64,000 bases of DNA from Eledone cirrhosa (GCA_964016885.1 OZ024745.1:110670001-110734000), one strand, 5' to 3'; counted from the stretch's first letter, positions 38,316-56,396 are shown. Numbers and translations are program-made. The notes: generated by a model not told the origin, from the letters alone.

Positions 38316-38824
38316 GCTTAAATACACACACACACACACACATATTTGTGTATCCCCATCTCTCGCATTTATATTTATATATATATATATATATAATTTT
38401 GCATTTGTAAAACGCATTAAGTTTATCACACATATACGTACACATATATTTATATATATGAATGTGTATGTGTGTGTAAAGTTTGTGATATATAAAAAAA
38501 AAAAAAAAACGCAAACGAACGCGCTCACACACACACACACACACACGCACATACACACACGCACACGCACATACACAGACACACATGCACATACACACAT
38601 ATACACACGTGCGCTTCAAATCCTGCAATGAAAATAAATAGAATACACAACTTTTGCAGGTCCCAAATATATCTATCAATTCTTGTAATTACGTTGTTGA
38701 GATATCATTTAAATATAGATAGTGTGGGCGGCGGTGGTTCTGTCTGCTAGTAGGGAGTGTGCATGTGTGAAATCCATGTCCGGGGCCAAGCGATAAGGCC
38801 TTGTATTTGCAGTATCACACACAA

Positions 38825-38889
<65 letters not shown>

Positions 38890-39149
38890 ATATATTCTTA
38901 CATACACACATACACACACACACGCACATATATATATGTGTGTGTTTGTGTGTTTATGTGCGTGCGTGTTTGGTAGGGAAGAGACGAAGGAAGGAAGAGG
39001 AAGGACAGACCCCAAATTCGGAGAAGAAAAATCGATTTTCAATAAGCGATGTATGTAACATGATCAGTTTTTCACTTAGTGACCATCATCATACTGCTTG
39101 TTATTCATCACGAGCTTAACAAGTTTGTGTCTCTCTTCCCCTATTGCCT

Positions 39150-39675
39150 TTCCATCATCATCATCATCATCATCATCACCATCGCCACCGCCACCTCCAC
39201 CACCATCATCTTCGTCATCGTCATCGTCATCATCTTTCTTTTACCATCCTCCTCCTCATCGTCGTCGTCGTTGTTATTAAAGTGACTGCTACAAGTAATA
39301 TCAAATTAACTGTTTTATTAAGAAAGAAAGACACTATTATGTCAAGGAAGACGACATGGGTCACGAAAATGATGTTGATGATGATGTTGATGATGATGAT
39401 GATGATGATGAAGTTGATTGTGATGATAATGACTTAAAAAACAACAACAACAACAACAAACAACAACAAGAAAAACGATAGAGGTGATGACGAAGAAGAC
39501 GACGATGATAATGACGATGATGATGGTGGTGATGATGGTGATGACGACAAAGAGGACGTTGACTGTGATGACATTGATGATGATAACAAGGAGGCAATGT
39601 CGGATATGAAAATGTTGTTGTTGTTGGTGTTGGTGGTGATGATGTTGATGATGATGATGATGATGATGATGGCAC
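39150..39675. repeat. (CAT)n/(GAT)n/(CAA)n trinucleotide repeat cluster
   Basis: Direct inspection. Confidence 0.9.
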
Positions 39676-40033
39676 GTTGTGGATGAAGCTTTTGACGACT
39701 AACAACGATTTTAGGCTTCCAGGTCGAGTTTTTGACGGCCAAAGTCACCGTCGTAGACTAAAACTATTATTATTGCTGTTGTGGCTGTTGTTACCAAGTG
39801 GTGTTGGCTCTCGGGTCGGATAGACAATAAATATATATCTTTGTGTGTGTGTGAGTTCACGCACACACATACACACACTATTTATCTCCATCTCCCATAC
39901 ATATGTGTGTATATATTTATGTATAGCATACACACACATATATATCTATATAAACACACGTACCACACACATGTATTGATTTTATTTTGAATGTGACATC
40001 CCATCCAAGTCTAAATCTTTCCGTCTCTCTCTC

Positions 40034-40096
<63 letters not shown>

Positions 40097-40396
40097 GTGT
40101 CTCAGCATCTTCCTATGTCTCTCTCTCCCTCTTTCAAACTACTAGTGCATGTGTAGAAGCGATTGATGTCGCTAAATGACCTCAGTTGCCAATGCGACAT
40201 TCAGCTCAAAACAAACCCAGTGTCTGACATACCAACACACACGCACACCCATTCACATACATTGACATATGTGTGAGTATGTGCGCTTGCTTTTCAGCAG
40301 TGCGTGTGCTTGTATGTAAGTGTGTGTGTGTGTGTGTGTGTGTTGACATTTAGATAGGTAGATGAAGATAGTTAAGTAGATAGATAGATAAATAAC

Positions 40397-40436
<40 letters not shown>

Positions 40437-41461
40437 TATATACAGAGAGATGAATAAATAGATAAATAGATAGATAAAGATAGGTGACTAGATAGATTGG
40501 TTATTATGTAGTTACTCAGATTGATAGATAGATATACAGATATATAGATAGATAGGTGACTAGATAAATGATAGACAAATAGATATCTTTCTATAGACAA
40601 ATAGATAGGTACGTAGATAGATAGGTGGCTTTATAGACAAATTGGTAGAAAGATAGTTAGATGGATACATAGATAGATAAGTTGATAGATAGATAGATAG
40701 ATTAAAAGGGATATAAGCTTTAAACAGGGCAAATGGCTTCATAACATCGTATCATAGCAGGGTTGCCGGCCGCTTTGCCAATGTTTTGTTGGCTCTGACA
40801 GGCGTGGGCACGGTGCCGACTGCTGTCTAGTTGACAGTATTCGCGTGCTGGAAACCTCCCCTAAGCATCACCATCATATCGCATCAAGCACTCTCACATC
40901 ATATCAGTCGCTTGCCGCCCTCCCCCCACCCCTACCACTTCACCCCCACATCGCCTGCCGCACAGTGGGACGATATATAGATATTACGTACATGTTGATG
41001 ACGACAGTGATGATGTTGATGATGATGATGGACATGTAGTAGAGGACGGATGAAGAAGCTGGGGGAAAAGTCACTAGAAAGAGAGAAAACGATATTAGTG
41101 TGTGTGTGTGTGTGTGTATTAAATAGAGAGAGAGAGAGAGAGACAGAAAGAGGCTGAGAGGCAACAACATGATACGGCTACGACGAAACAGCTTACCCAT
41201 CCATACATACCAACTGCCCTAAACTATAGTAGTCGAGAAAGAGACAAGACACACACACAGACATACATACATACATACTGTACGAAGACACTGAAAGTGT
41301 AAACTTTTTTTTATATATCATATATATATACACACACGCGTATATATGTGTAAATGTACCTACTAACGTAATATTCATTATTTTGCTATAATTATACACC
41401 CCTGACACACATACACACGTAAATTACACACGAGCACACACACGTCTTGTGTATTTTGAAT

Positions 41462-41558
<97 letters not shown>

Positions 41559-42019
41559 CGTTTAGGGAGAGAAATAACAAGAAAAAGACATCAGAAAGAC
41601 AATTATTAAAAGACGCACATTCTCATATATGAGAGAACCAGAAAGAAGAAAGAACGACAATTATTAGAGAAAACAACAATAACAAATCATTATAAGTAAA
41701 ATTTCGTCGTCAAATGTGGCCTTTTTATTGTCAAGTACATGACATTAAGTGAACGAGGATTAGGTCGGAGATGGTACTACAATTATGGTTGGGATGCCGT
41801 CTGAATTACTATCTCCACCAAACAGTTTTTCATGGGCTTGCCCAGGCAGTAATGTATAACTATTGTTATTGTTGTTGTTGTTGTTGTTGTTTTTATTATT
41901 ATTATTTGTTATTTATTATTATTATTATTATTATTATCATCCCGAATTCATGGCCTCGTGCGTGCCTCTACGCTAGAAATTATTATTATTATTAACATCG
42001 TTATTAGTTAATAATTATT

Positions 42020-42051
<32 letters not shown>

Positions 42052-42282
42052 TATCGTTGCGAAGATACATCGTTTGTGCATGCAAATGTATGTGCATGTA
42101 GAGGTGTGTGTGTGTGTGTGTATGAGAAATTGTAAGAAAGTATCATTGTTTGTCCTGTTTACAAGTACAAGTAATAAAGGAGGTTAGAGGATTAAGTAAA
42201 TCACGAAATAATAACGGTAAATGTGAGTAAAAAAAGTCAAGTGATAGAGAAAGAGGTACGAGATAGATAGATAGATATATAG

Positions 42283-42340
<58 letters not shown>

Positions 42341-43864
42341 GCTGAATCGATATTATCAGTCCCCAAAAATGTGGTTTCTCCTTATGTCCTTTTATTCTGC
42401 ACTTTAAATCTCTACCATTTCATCCATGTCGTGATTTTCTCTTCAGTCCTCGTCTATATATCTCCATGTGTATATATATATATGTGACTGCGTGTGTGTA
42501 AATATACAGATATATGTAAATAAATTGATGTATAAATAAATAAATATATATATATACATATATATATGTGTGTGTGTGTGTGTGTGTAAATATACCGATA
42601 TATGTAAATATATATATATGTATATGTCTCTATCTATATTTATATGAGTGTGAGTGTGTGTGTGGTGCGCGTCTGTTTATATATATATAGAGAGAGATAG
42701 ATATTTATATAGAGATGTATATGTATACTTGAAAGTGTGGCGTGTGTCAGCGCGTGCGGGCGCGTGTATATCTGCGTGCCTGTGTACTTCTTGTATGTGT
42801 CTGTATAGCTATATATGTGTTCGTGTGTCTTTCTCTCTCTCTGTGTCTTTCTTTCTCTCTCTCTCTCTTTCTCTCTGTGTATTTGTGTGACTTATTTGTT
42901 TCTGCCTGCTTTTACCCCCGCATCACATTCCTCCAGAGGGTCCGTCTCTGCCTTCATTACTGCTGCCTACACAGTACTACTATTACTACTACTATTACTA
43001 CTACTACTACTACTGTTTTTGCTGCAACAAGCCTCCTGGTTGTCATCCTCCTTCAATCTCTGTCTTCCACCCATCAACCCCTCCCACACTTCGTTCTTCT
43101 TATCTCTACCCCCCAACCCTATCGTTCTATCTCTCTCTCTTTCTCTCCCTCTCTGTCTCTGTTTTACTATCCATCCCTTTCATCTAACCCCCCCCCCCTA
43201 CCACCCTGCCATCTATACCTCCCTCTCTGTCACTTTTCATCTGTCTCCCCTCCCAATAACAGATAAAATTTGTCATGGTCGGTCGGTGTCGCAGAACACA
43301 ATTACAGTCAGATTGATTGACAAAACGAGAATTTTAATCAAGAGCATACACATTAGCATAACCATATGGTATTAAAGTGCCATCTATGTCTTTGACTGGA
43401 GTGGCACATCATTGATTGATAAATGAAGAAAATTATGGCCGTTCTCTATAGGCATGTCCTTGCCAAGTAGCTGTGACATTCGTCCGTTGCAGTCCTCTCT
43501 CTCTCTCACACACATACATACATCGGGCTCAGCATCATTGATCCATCCATTCAGAAACTACGACGGTACTGTACGTTGCTGGCGGGGGGGCCCCACCACT
43601 GCATCGGCAACTCGCAAAGCGACCAGCGACATTACATAGTAGGGGGACGTCAGGAAATTTTACTTCTCTTGTCTTCAACAAGCTGCATCAACGTCGTCTC
43701 AAGAGGATACCATATTTCTGTCGTGATCCAAGGAAAAAAACTTGTGGCTTGCTGGCGGTAGGCATTTTCTTCACCCCCCTACCTTCGCATTCATACTTAG
43801 ACTTTTTTTCTTTTTTTCTATTCTATCTTTCTTGTCCTCTGTTTTATCCTTTATCCTTTGTCCT

Positions 43865-44035
43865 TTTCTTCTTCTTCTTCTTCTTCTTCTTCTTCTTCTC
43901 TTTCTTCTTCTTCTTCTTCTTCTCTTTCTTCTTCTTCTTCTTCTTCTTCTTCTTCATCACCATCGTCAGCTTCGTCATTGTCATCATCATCATCATCGTC
44001 ATCATCATCATCATCATTGTCCTCGTCATCCTTCA
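43865..44035. repeat. (CTT)n/(CAT)n repeat
   Basis: Direct inspection. Confidence 0.9.
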
Positions 44036-44259
44036 TCTCTTATCGATAGTAAAATTGTTTTTAACTAATCAACCGATTAGAGAGCATTTTAATTACACGT
44101 ATAAGGGACACAGACGCACGAGAATGAATTATTAATATATATATATATGTGAAAGGCTTCGTCGTTCTTTTTCTCGATGTCGTTCTTTCTCTACATCGTC
44201 TTGTGAATTTGAGAAGATGAAGGCTTTGTCATCATTCCCTTGCTTGTTCTGTGGTCATG

Positions 44260-44302
<43 letters not shown>

Positions 44303-44373
44303 AAATTAATATTCTCTCTCTCACTCTCACTCTCTCGATATGCATCTGTCGTTTTTGACGAACACACACGCAC

Positions 44374-44410
<37 letters not shown>

Positions 44411-44660
44411 TACACACATACATACATGCACAGCCATATCCTGTCATACATACGAACATATAAACTCATACATGCATATATGCACTCACCCATTCTTTTT
44501 CTTTCTCTCCTTTCTTTCTTTCTTTCTTTCTATCTCTCTCTTCCTTTGGATGTCCTCTGAGAATGTAAGTTATTGATTGTGTCTACTGGTGTTCTCTCTC
44601 TCTCTCTCACTCACTCTCTCTCTCACTCTCTCTCTCTGTATTTCCTTGTCTCTTTCTTAG

Positions 44661-44960
44661 GTACCTTATCGCCTTTTTTTTTCTTTTTCATTTCTTTTTT
44701 TTTTTCATTATAGTTATGTATGTGTGTGCGTGTGTACTATTTTTTTTTCCTCGCAAAGTCAAGAGATTTTTTTTTCCTTTTTTTTTTCGATGAGTGTGTT
44801 GTTTTTGAGAGAGTGTAGTTGTCACTATCCTGACAGTATACAGCCTGGAGATTCTCAAACCTAAATTTGGTTTGTCTGCTATCCATTTCACCAGGGTCCC
44901 CAGTTCATTGACTGAAATCCTCGACATGCCGATATCCAGCCAGCAATGAAGCCACTTGAG
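44661..44960 (+). other. Candidate exon: mostly 5' UTR, possible coding start MKPLE
   Basis: Strong pyrimidine tract plus ttag acceptor at 44660; donor GAG|GTAAAT at 44960/44961; ATG at 44946 with an in-frame upstream stop. Confidence 0.35.
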
Positions 44961-45002
44961 GTAAATATTTCAACTTCATATAAATAATATATAAACATAC
45001 GC

Positions 45003-45088
<86 letters not shown>

Positions 45089-45228
45089 GTGTGTGTGTGT
45101 GTGTGAATGAGGAATGAGTGTATGTGCGTGTGAGTGTTTATATATGTGTGTGTGTTGTGTGTGTGCGTGTGCACGCGCGTCTGTTTTGGAAACTACTTTC
45201 AATTTGTTTTCTACACTTTTCTCTTGTG

Positions 45229-45308
<80 letters not shown>

Positions 45309-45502
45309 GGTAATGTGAATATCGGAGAATCTAACTTATGAAATAAATTAAAATGAAATGAAATAAAATAAAGAAAGGATAAAGACGGAGAGAGTATTCC
45401 GAAGCAATCAGGAAAAATTCAATCAAAAATATAGTTCTTCTTTCTATTTTTCCAATACTGATCGGACAGAAAATAATTTCACTGTGTTTGTTTGTTGTTT
45501 AC

Positions 45503-45569
<67 letters not shown>

Positions 45570-47547
45570 GAAGATATATTTTTGTTTGTTGTCGTGGTGT
45601 TGTTTGTTAAATTCCTGGTTGTTAGTTGTTTTGTTATGTCTATGAAGATGATTGTCTAAAAATTGTGTTGTTCGTTCATTCATATTTCTGATATGCCGTT
45701 GTTTCGATTTCGTGTTGCAAACACTGCTGTTAAATTAAGTTGAATAGCTAAAGAACGAGTGCCTGTATTTATATGAAATGTTGTTCATGCGGTAGTGGGA
45801 AAGAACGTGCTTGCTTCTCGATATTCTGAAATCTTCGAAGTTCACTGCAATAATTATGATGTCATTCCAATAGAGTGTAGGAAAATATGGATCAGTTTAC
45901 TTGAAAGATAGAGAATCACTTGTGGACTCATCAAATAGCTTCGTCCTTGAGGTTAAGCTTACACTCGAAGGGAGAGGGAGGTGCAGCAAAAGGGGAGGAG
46001 AATCAGTTGTAACTGGGTGGGGTGGGGGGAGGAATCAAGAGAAGCGATTCTAAAAATTTCTAGCGTTGGCAGTTGTTGAGATGAATTAGACTTCCCCCCT
46101 CGAGGGCCTGTCACAGAGAGCGTGCGGTGGTTGTTCCACTATGCTCTGTCTGTCATAGGGCCCGTTGTTGTCCATTGAGAGAAACCATCCCCTTCTTATT
46201 GATTGATATTGATCTAGCGCACTAATTATTGTAGATTGTGGCTGCTCAACCACTCAGAAGCAGTGTGTGCATTCTCGATTATAAACCTCTACTTGTGACA
46301 TGTGCCTGCTTGCAGCATACCATGCATGTTTATGAGACGAAACACAAAGTACGATTTCAAAAGCAACAGACACCAAGTAGTAGTCATTATAACAGGATAT
46401 GACAGTTGGCTGCCAATGTTTTGGCACAGGCTGCAGTTTAATTATAGTGATGGGACTTGGCGATCTACCTTTTAGAAACAATAGAAAGATGAAGAGGAGA
46501 GAGCTTTGAATGGACCAAACCAAAGAATCCGACTATATTCATGATGACAAAGATATGAAGAACTTTTAAACAAGGCATGTCATGACTGAATCTTTTATAT
46601 CCAAAGTTAACACGCATTTGGGAAAGATTTATTTGAAGTTGAAGCTCCATGAAAAGTAAATTTACTAGAAGATGCGTTTAACTTTTGAACATTTAAGGAT
46701 TAGAAATTCATAATTACTGAAGGTGTTTTTTCTTTTTTCTTTTTTTTTCCTCGAAATTATTAAATTATCAGAAACACCATTTAAATATTTTTTTTTTCTA
46801 AATTTTCATAGATAATAAATCTCTTATAAGAGATACTGGAAATTAATAACATATTAATTAGTATATATATTTAAAGGGGAAAAAATATATATAACGAAAA
46901 AAAAAAAAGGCATCATGGTTTCAAGCGGTAATATTATAGGGAGAAAGTTTGGTCCTGGAAAAAAATTTCTTCCTGACAATTTTCAAATGACATATGACAT
47001 GGTAACTCCTGCATTTGGATTTCTGAAGATTTCTAAGGTAATCTTTATTAAAAAAAAAAAAAAAAAGGAAACATATTTCTTTCTTCATCTAATTATTAAC
47101 TTTTCATTTTGATTTTACACCGTAGACTTTTAGCGTCAATTGCGTATATAGAAAAAAAAGTGAAAAGTTCCCAACTCTGTTTCTCCTGTATTGTAACTGT
47201 AGTCTGTAGTTAGGTAGTGGTTATGCGTTGAAAACAGTCAGTCTTATTTTACTTTTTTTCAGCATGCGAATTCGTTTACATCATTTTTTTTTAGTTATTT
47301 TCTTTTCTTTTTGTTGTTTTCTTTTTTTTATTGGCTTTTATCATATAAATGTAATATAATATAAAATATAATATAATATATATAATATATATATATATGA
47401 ATATGTATATATATATGTGTATATATATATATATATGTATATGTGTGTATATATATATATATATGTATGTATATATATATATGTATATGTATATATATGT
47501 ATATGTGTATATATGTGTGTGTATATATATATATGTATGTATATATA

Positions 47548-47673
<126 letters not shown>

Positions 47674-47882
47674 ATATAAATTTACATTATTTTCGGATAT
47701 GGGCTGTGATGAATGAAAAATTTCTCTTCAATAAAAGTCTATTCCTCTCATCTTTTCTTCCTTTCTTTGGATAGAGAAAAAAAGGAGAGAAAAAAAACGA
47801 CATATGATTGGAAACTTTCTTTAGTATATTATTTAAAAGAAATTTTTTTCTTCAAACTTTTTTCTACATTTTCTGTTCTCAA

Positions 47883-47934
<52 letters not shown>

Positions 47935-48517
47935 CGTGTGTGTGTGTGTGTGTGTATGTATAAACAAAAAAAAACAAAACTAATCTGATGAAGAAATAGG
48001 GGTGAATTAGATTTCTAATCTTATATAAAGCAAAGAAGTAAGATATTTTGTTATGGAGGGTGGTGGTGCTGGTGTTGGTTTTGGTTATAGTTTTCTCCTT
48101 TTCAAAAATTCCATTTGTTGATTCTAGTGACTTAAGAAGCCCCACTTCTACTTGTGTATAATATTAGTTTTATTTCACTTATATATGTATTTATCATCTG
48201 CTTTCAGCAATCAATCAAAGCAGTTAATGTATTGTTCTATAAAAAAAAATTTAGAAAAAACAAAAAAAAGCACTAAAACAACAACAACAAAAACAACAAA
48301 TAAATAGCAACACAGATAAAGTAATATAAAATATATACTTATTTGATATATTCTTCTTTAAAAAAAATGGTAAAAAAAGACAAAAAAACAAAACTATAAC
48401 AAAAAATCTAACAATATTATTGTTTTAACTTTTGTTTAAATATTTTAATATATAGAAAATATATAGCCTTTCTCATTTATACTTCTTCATATTTCTTAAC
48501 TCTAATGTATACATACA

Positions 48518-48582
<65 letters not shown>

Positions 48583-48929
48583 ATATATATATATGTATAC
48601 ACACACACACACATATATATATATGTAAAGGTGAACAATTTCATTTATTGTTCTCAGCTTCTTCCATTGAATAACAATACTTTTTCTTGAATTATAAATT
48701 GAATTATAAATGTTTATTTATTTATTATTATTAGTAGTAATTACTATTACTATAATTAAATCATCTCATCTACCCCTAACACATCCAGTATATTTCATAC
48801 CTACTCTATTGTCAGCATTATAAGTTTGTAAAATTCTTTGGGAATATAAGTAATATATAAGAATATATAAGTTTTGTCAATATAAAATATTTCCACATTG
48901 TCTTATTTTCAGAATATATCATCATCATC

Positions 48930-49217
48930 ATTATATATGTATTACACATATATATATATATGTATATATATGTATTACATATATATTTGTATATATATGT
49001 ATTACATATATATACAAATTACATATATATATGTATATATATGTATTACATATATATTTGTATATATATGTATTACATATATATATATGTATAGATATGT
49101 ATGTATATATATGAATATGTATGTATATGTATATATATAAATATATATGTGTGTGTGTTTGTGTACATATATATATATATGTATATATATATAAATATAT
49201 ATGTGTGTGTGTTTGTG

Positions 49218-49266
<49 letters not shown>

Positions 49267-49408
49267 ATATATATGTGTGTGTATATGTGTATATACATAT
49301 ATATGTATATACATATGTATATATATGTATATACATATATATACATATACATATATATACATATGTATGTATATAAATGTATATACATATATATATACAT
49401 ATATATAC

Positions 49409-49442
<34 letters not shown>

Positions 49443-49601
49443 GTACATATACATATATACATAAGTATGTACATGTATATATATACACACACACCCACAT
49501 ACATATATGTACATATATATATGTGTGTATATATATGCATATATATATATATGTATATATATATATACATACACAATATAAATACATGTATATATATACA
49601 G

Positions 49602-49654
<53 letters not shown>

Positions 49655-49749
49655 GATAGGTAGATATGTATATGTATATATATATAAAGATATATACATA
49701 TATATATATATACACACACACATATATATATATACACACACATATATAT

Positions 49750-49846
<97 letters not shown>

Positions 49847-50030
49847 CATATATATACATATATATACATATATACATATGCTAGCATGGAAAAATAAATG
49901 TTAAACAATGATGATATATATATATCCATATGAATGTATATATATATATGTTTCTATATGTATACATCTGTATTTATATATGTGTGTGTGTGTATATATA
50001 TACATGTATATATATATATACATTAGTCTA
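48930..50030. repeat. Compound (TA)n microsatellite block
   Basis: Direct inspection. Confidence 0.95.
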
Positions 50031-50247
50031 TATATTATAGACATCATTCTTCCTATATTATTTCTTTATTCTCAGATAAAATGAAATAGATAAAGTTAGA
50101 GAGGATATTTATTTCAGATTTATTCACAAATATATATAAATCTGAGAAAAGCACGTGTTGTGTACAATATATCTCTCAATGTACTAACTGGAAATACAAA
50201 AAGCCACATGTGAAATCCCCTGCTATGTATATGACTATATATATGTC

Positions 50248-50297
<50 letters not shown>

Positions 50298-50301
<4 letters not shown>

Positions 50302-50473
50302 GGAGGTGAGTGATATGTTGATTTAAAACTGTACTATCCACAAGTGTTTTTAACCTTCATATCATGTCCTCATATTTTATCTGATGAAAACACAAATGTT
50401 ATTGCATGATGATATTTGTTTTTGAAATGTGCATAATAAAATACATGGAACTCATTTAACCATCTTTTGATCT

Positions 50474-50482
<9 letters not shown>
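50298..50482 (+). mobile_element. HHR family A element in (TA)n
   Basis: tattttat-CTGATGA(50381)...GAAA(50424)-tgtgca-TA-ataaaata; homologous to 15831-16073. Confidence 0.75.
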
Positions 50483-50511
<29 letters not shown>

Positions 50512-51299
50512 TTATATATATGTATATACACTATGTATGTGTGTTTGTGTGTAGGTATGTACACTGCATTTATATGGTTATAAGTTTCAGAACTGTAAAT
50601 GTTTGGGAAGTGACTTTTAACTTTGTCCCTTTTTTGAAACAGAAACAATTTCATTTTGGAAATGCTGTTTCAACCATTTAAAAACTAACTAAAACTCTTT
50701 GTTCAGTTTTTAACTTCTTTGCTATGAAATTCTCTGACATTCTTTGCTGCTATGCTACAAAGTTGTTTATTCTAAAGTGTTTATATTCATCTAAAGAACT
50801 TATATCATAATTTTATGCAAGGACTTTTGTTAAATTATGTTCCTAACATCAACTTAATAATGAGAGAAGTGTATACTAAATCCTTCCAAGCTATGGTTTA
50901 TTTTCCAAATTATTTTTTTTCAAAACTATGGGCTGTGTTTTTCATAAGATATATGGTAATGGTTAATGATATAGCGAAAGGTTTTGTCAAACTTCTGTGA
51001 CATTGGTCAGAGATAAAATTCCAAAGCACAGCAAAGATTCAACCACAGTAAAATTAGTTGTCAGTAATCAAGCTCCTGTAGCACTATGAGATGAAACTTT
51101 TTGACAGTTCATAATGGACTGCATTCTAGCCAGGAAAATTCATGAAAAAATGAATATAATAGAATCTGTGTCTTCTTCATTGACTAAAATCTCTCTTTTA
51201 CTGTGTATTATATATGTTTATGATTAAATATAAACGCACAGAAACATATTTGTATGTATAAATACATAAATATATATATTTAGACACACACACATGTGT

Positions 51300-53475
<2,176 letters not shown>

Positions 53476-53595
53476 CATTTTATCATTTTGTATATCAGAA
53501 TTAAAAACTTATACAATTTTAAGTTTTGATATATCTTGGACTTACTTATACTAGCTGAAGTCTAAGTTTACCTTTTTAAACTTGCCCTCTATGTA

Positions 53596-53651
<56 letters not shown>

Positions 53652-54890
53652 ATATCCACGTGTGTATATTGATACATATATACTTATATATATATATCCT
53701 TATATATATATGTATATATATAAAAGGATATATATATATATACACATATATACACACACACACAGACTCACATATATATATATATATTATATATATATAT
53801 AAAATGTGTTTGCCTGAGTATTGATTAAATTTACTTTCAAAGTATTTTAACTTTTTGATTTTAAAATTTGTGTTCAATTAAAAGTTAATGACATGTTTTT
53901 TTGTTTTTTTTTAAAGAAAATAATGCAATCAATACTTTTTCATATTTAGTGCTGAAACTAAGTAAAGAAAGACATGAACACATACACACACAGACACACA
54001 TACTGATATTGGTTCATATAAGGACTCCAACCCCACCTCACCCCCCCCTGACACTTTTTTGGGGGTTTATATACTTTGTGTGGGGGTGGAGATGATTTTG
54101 AGATTCCCCAGCTGAAAACATCTGGACAGTATTCTTTGTGACAGTAGAGCTATAGCATGTGACTAAGAAGTAGATATGGGGGGCTTAGTTTACACCTACC
54201 TCACCCCTCATTCCTTATGTCTAGTTCTTAACATCTACTGGAATCTTTATACCTCTTCACTCCTTGACTCCTTCTTCTTGCCATTTGCCTTTCTTTGTCT
54301 TCACTTCAGGCCACATTAGCTATCTTCTCAAATCCAAAGTCCTCCTTCCTTCCTTTCATTTTATCTTCCATTCCATCATCTTTTACTAAATTCTTGTGTA
54401 TTTCATTGTTACTGGTTCCCAAGTCTTTTGTAATGCTGTGCCTGTTGTTCCTTTTAGCTAGAAATCTATTTTATTTTATTTTCCACTTTTTCCTCTCAAA
54501 GCACAGCGGATGTATGTGTGTGTGTGTGCTTGCACTTGTGTGTGTGTATGCATACATGTACTGAAAAATATGTATGTTCATACAGGAATATATATATATA
54601 TATATGATGATGATGATGATATATATAAAACTAGTAGTAACTTTCATAGATTAATATGCATTGCTTTATAAGGCTTTTATCTTTCAAAAAATTCATATCA
54701 TATCAATTTTGTAAATTAGAAACGATACAATATTAACTTTAGAATAAACTCTAGAAAAATTAGAAACTTTACAAACTACTCAACTAATGTAGTTAACCTG
54801 TATAAATAAGTATTAAAGTATCTATTTTTCAGAACTAACATTTCTTAGAATAATTTTTGTGATATTTTTTTCCATCTACAACAACATAGT

Positions 54891-55125
54891 TTAACCCTTT
54901 TGCTAACATACTTTTAATGAACGACACTGCCTATGATTGTCAAATAATTATGAAAATAAGCAAATATTTGGATGGGTTTAATAATATAACTAACTTTTTC
55001 ATTATAAAGTTAGTATTTGGAACATAACTTAACAAAGGTTTTTGCAAAAACTTTATGATGGAATGTTTTTAAATAAATAGAAACATTTGAAAATAAGATG
55101 GGATAGTCTGGTATCGAAGGTGTTA
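54891..55125. mobile_element. Decayed piggyBac-like MITE family 2; relatives start near 24330, 56730, 60783, 61811 and 63260
   Basis: ttaacccttttg starts and aaaag(g/a)gttaa ends; shared internal ggaacataacttaac and acactgcctatgatt motifs. Confidence 0.6.
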
Positions 55126-55685
55126 GGCCATCTTCCTTACTTTTGCTGGGCCCCATCATACTCATTATGGGGGTCCTTTATGGGACAATGTTTTACAAGT
55201 TCATGCCCTTCCAGTTGCTTTTAAGTCACTTCATATGACACACAAGGATAAAGTGTACCCATTCTAAACTGGATGGATGCACACAAAAACCTCTTGTGTA
55301 TATAAAACTGCTAAAATTATTTTTATCAAAAGTTAAATAAACCTCAAATAAGTAGTTTCTTCTGAACCTGTTGAATATAATTTATATCACAAACTGAAGC
55401 TTTATTATTTCCCTCTGAAGATCTTTAATAAAACTATATAAAACTTGGCTATTAAAATATGATTGGAAAAAGAAAACTTCAAAACAACAAAACTACAACC
55501 ACATTAGATTTTAAAACAATCTAAAATTTCTTAGTCAAATATAAAATACAAAATCATTTATGTGTATATATTATTTATGTGTATATATTGATGGTGAAAA
55601 ATTAGTAGCCTTGGTTCATTTCATTAGTAAACATATAAGTATTTCTTTTTTCTTTTCAATTATAATTCAGCATATATATTTTCTA

Positions 55686-55734
55686 ATCAGAGAAAAATGA
55701 GGATGTATATATATACATATATATATATACATAC

Positions 55735-55827
<93 letters not shown>

Positions 55828-55847
55828 CATCCTCATTTTTCTCTGAT
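55686..55847. repeat. Inverted repeat centred on a (TA)n tract
   Basis: atcagagaaaaatgaggatg-(TA)n-catcctcatttttctctgat. Confidence 0.85.
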
Positions 55848-55884
55848 ATATATATATATATACACACATATATACATTCATATA

Positions 55885-55919
<35 letters not shown>

Positions 55920-55986
55920 CAGCACAGGTTGAACAAATTGGTCCTTAGGGCTAACGAAACATATGTACCTGGTATGGTGCCATTGT

Positions 55987-55988
<2 letters not shown>
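55920..55988 (+). ncRNA. Degenerate HHR-like insert between (TA)n tracts
   Basis: cagg-ttgaaca(core mutated)-ttggtcc/gggctaa hairpin-GAAA-catatg-TA-cctg. Confidence 0.45.
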
Positions 55989-56072
<84 letters not shown>

Positions 56073-56104
56073 ATATACATATATATATATATGTATATAC
56101 ATAT

Positions 56105-56153
<49 letters not shown>

Positions 56154-56396
56154 TACATGTATATGTATATATATGTATATGTATATATATATCATCATCA
56201 TCTTCGTTTAACGTCCATTTTCCATGCTAGCATATATATACACATATATATATACACATATATATACACATATATGTGAATATATATATATATACACACA
56301 CACATCTATATATATATGTATATATATAGATATATATATATACACACATCTCTCTCTCTATATATATATATACAAACACATACATCTCTCTCTCTC

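Noticed and set aside
43742-44135. Poly-E/K/S/L/F ORFs
   Set aside because: (CTT)n/(CAT)n repeats open in all frames
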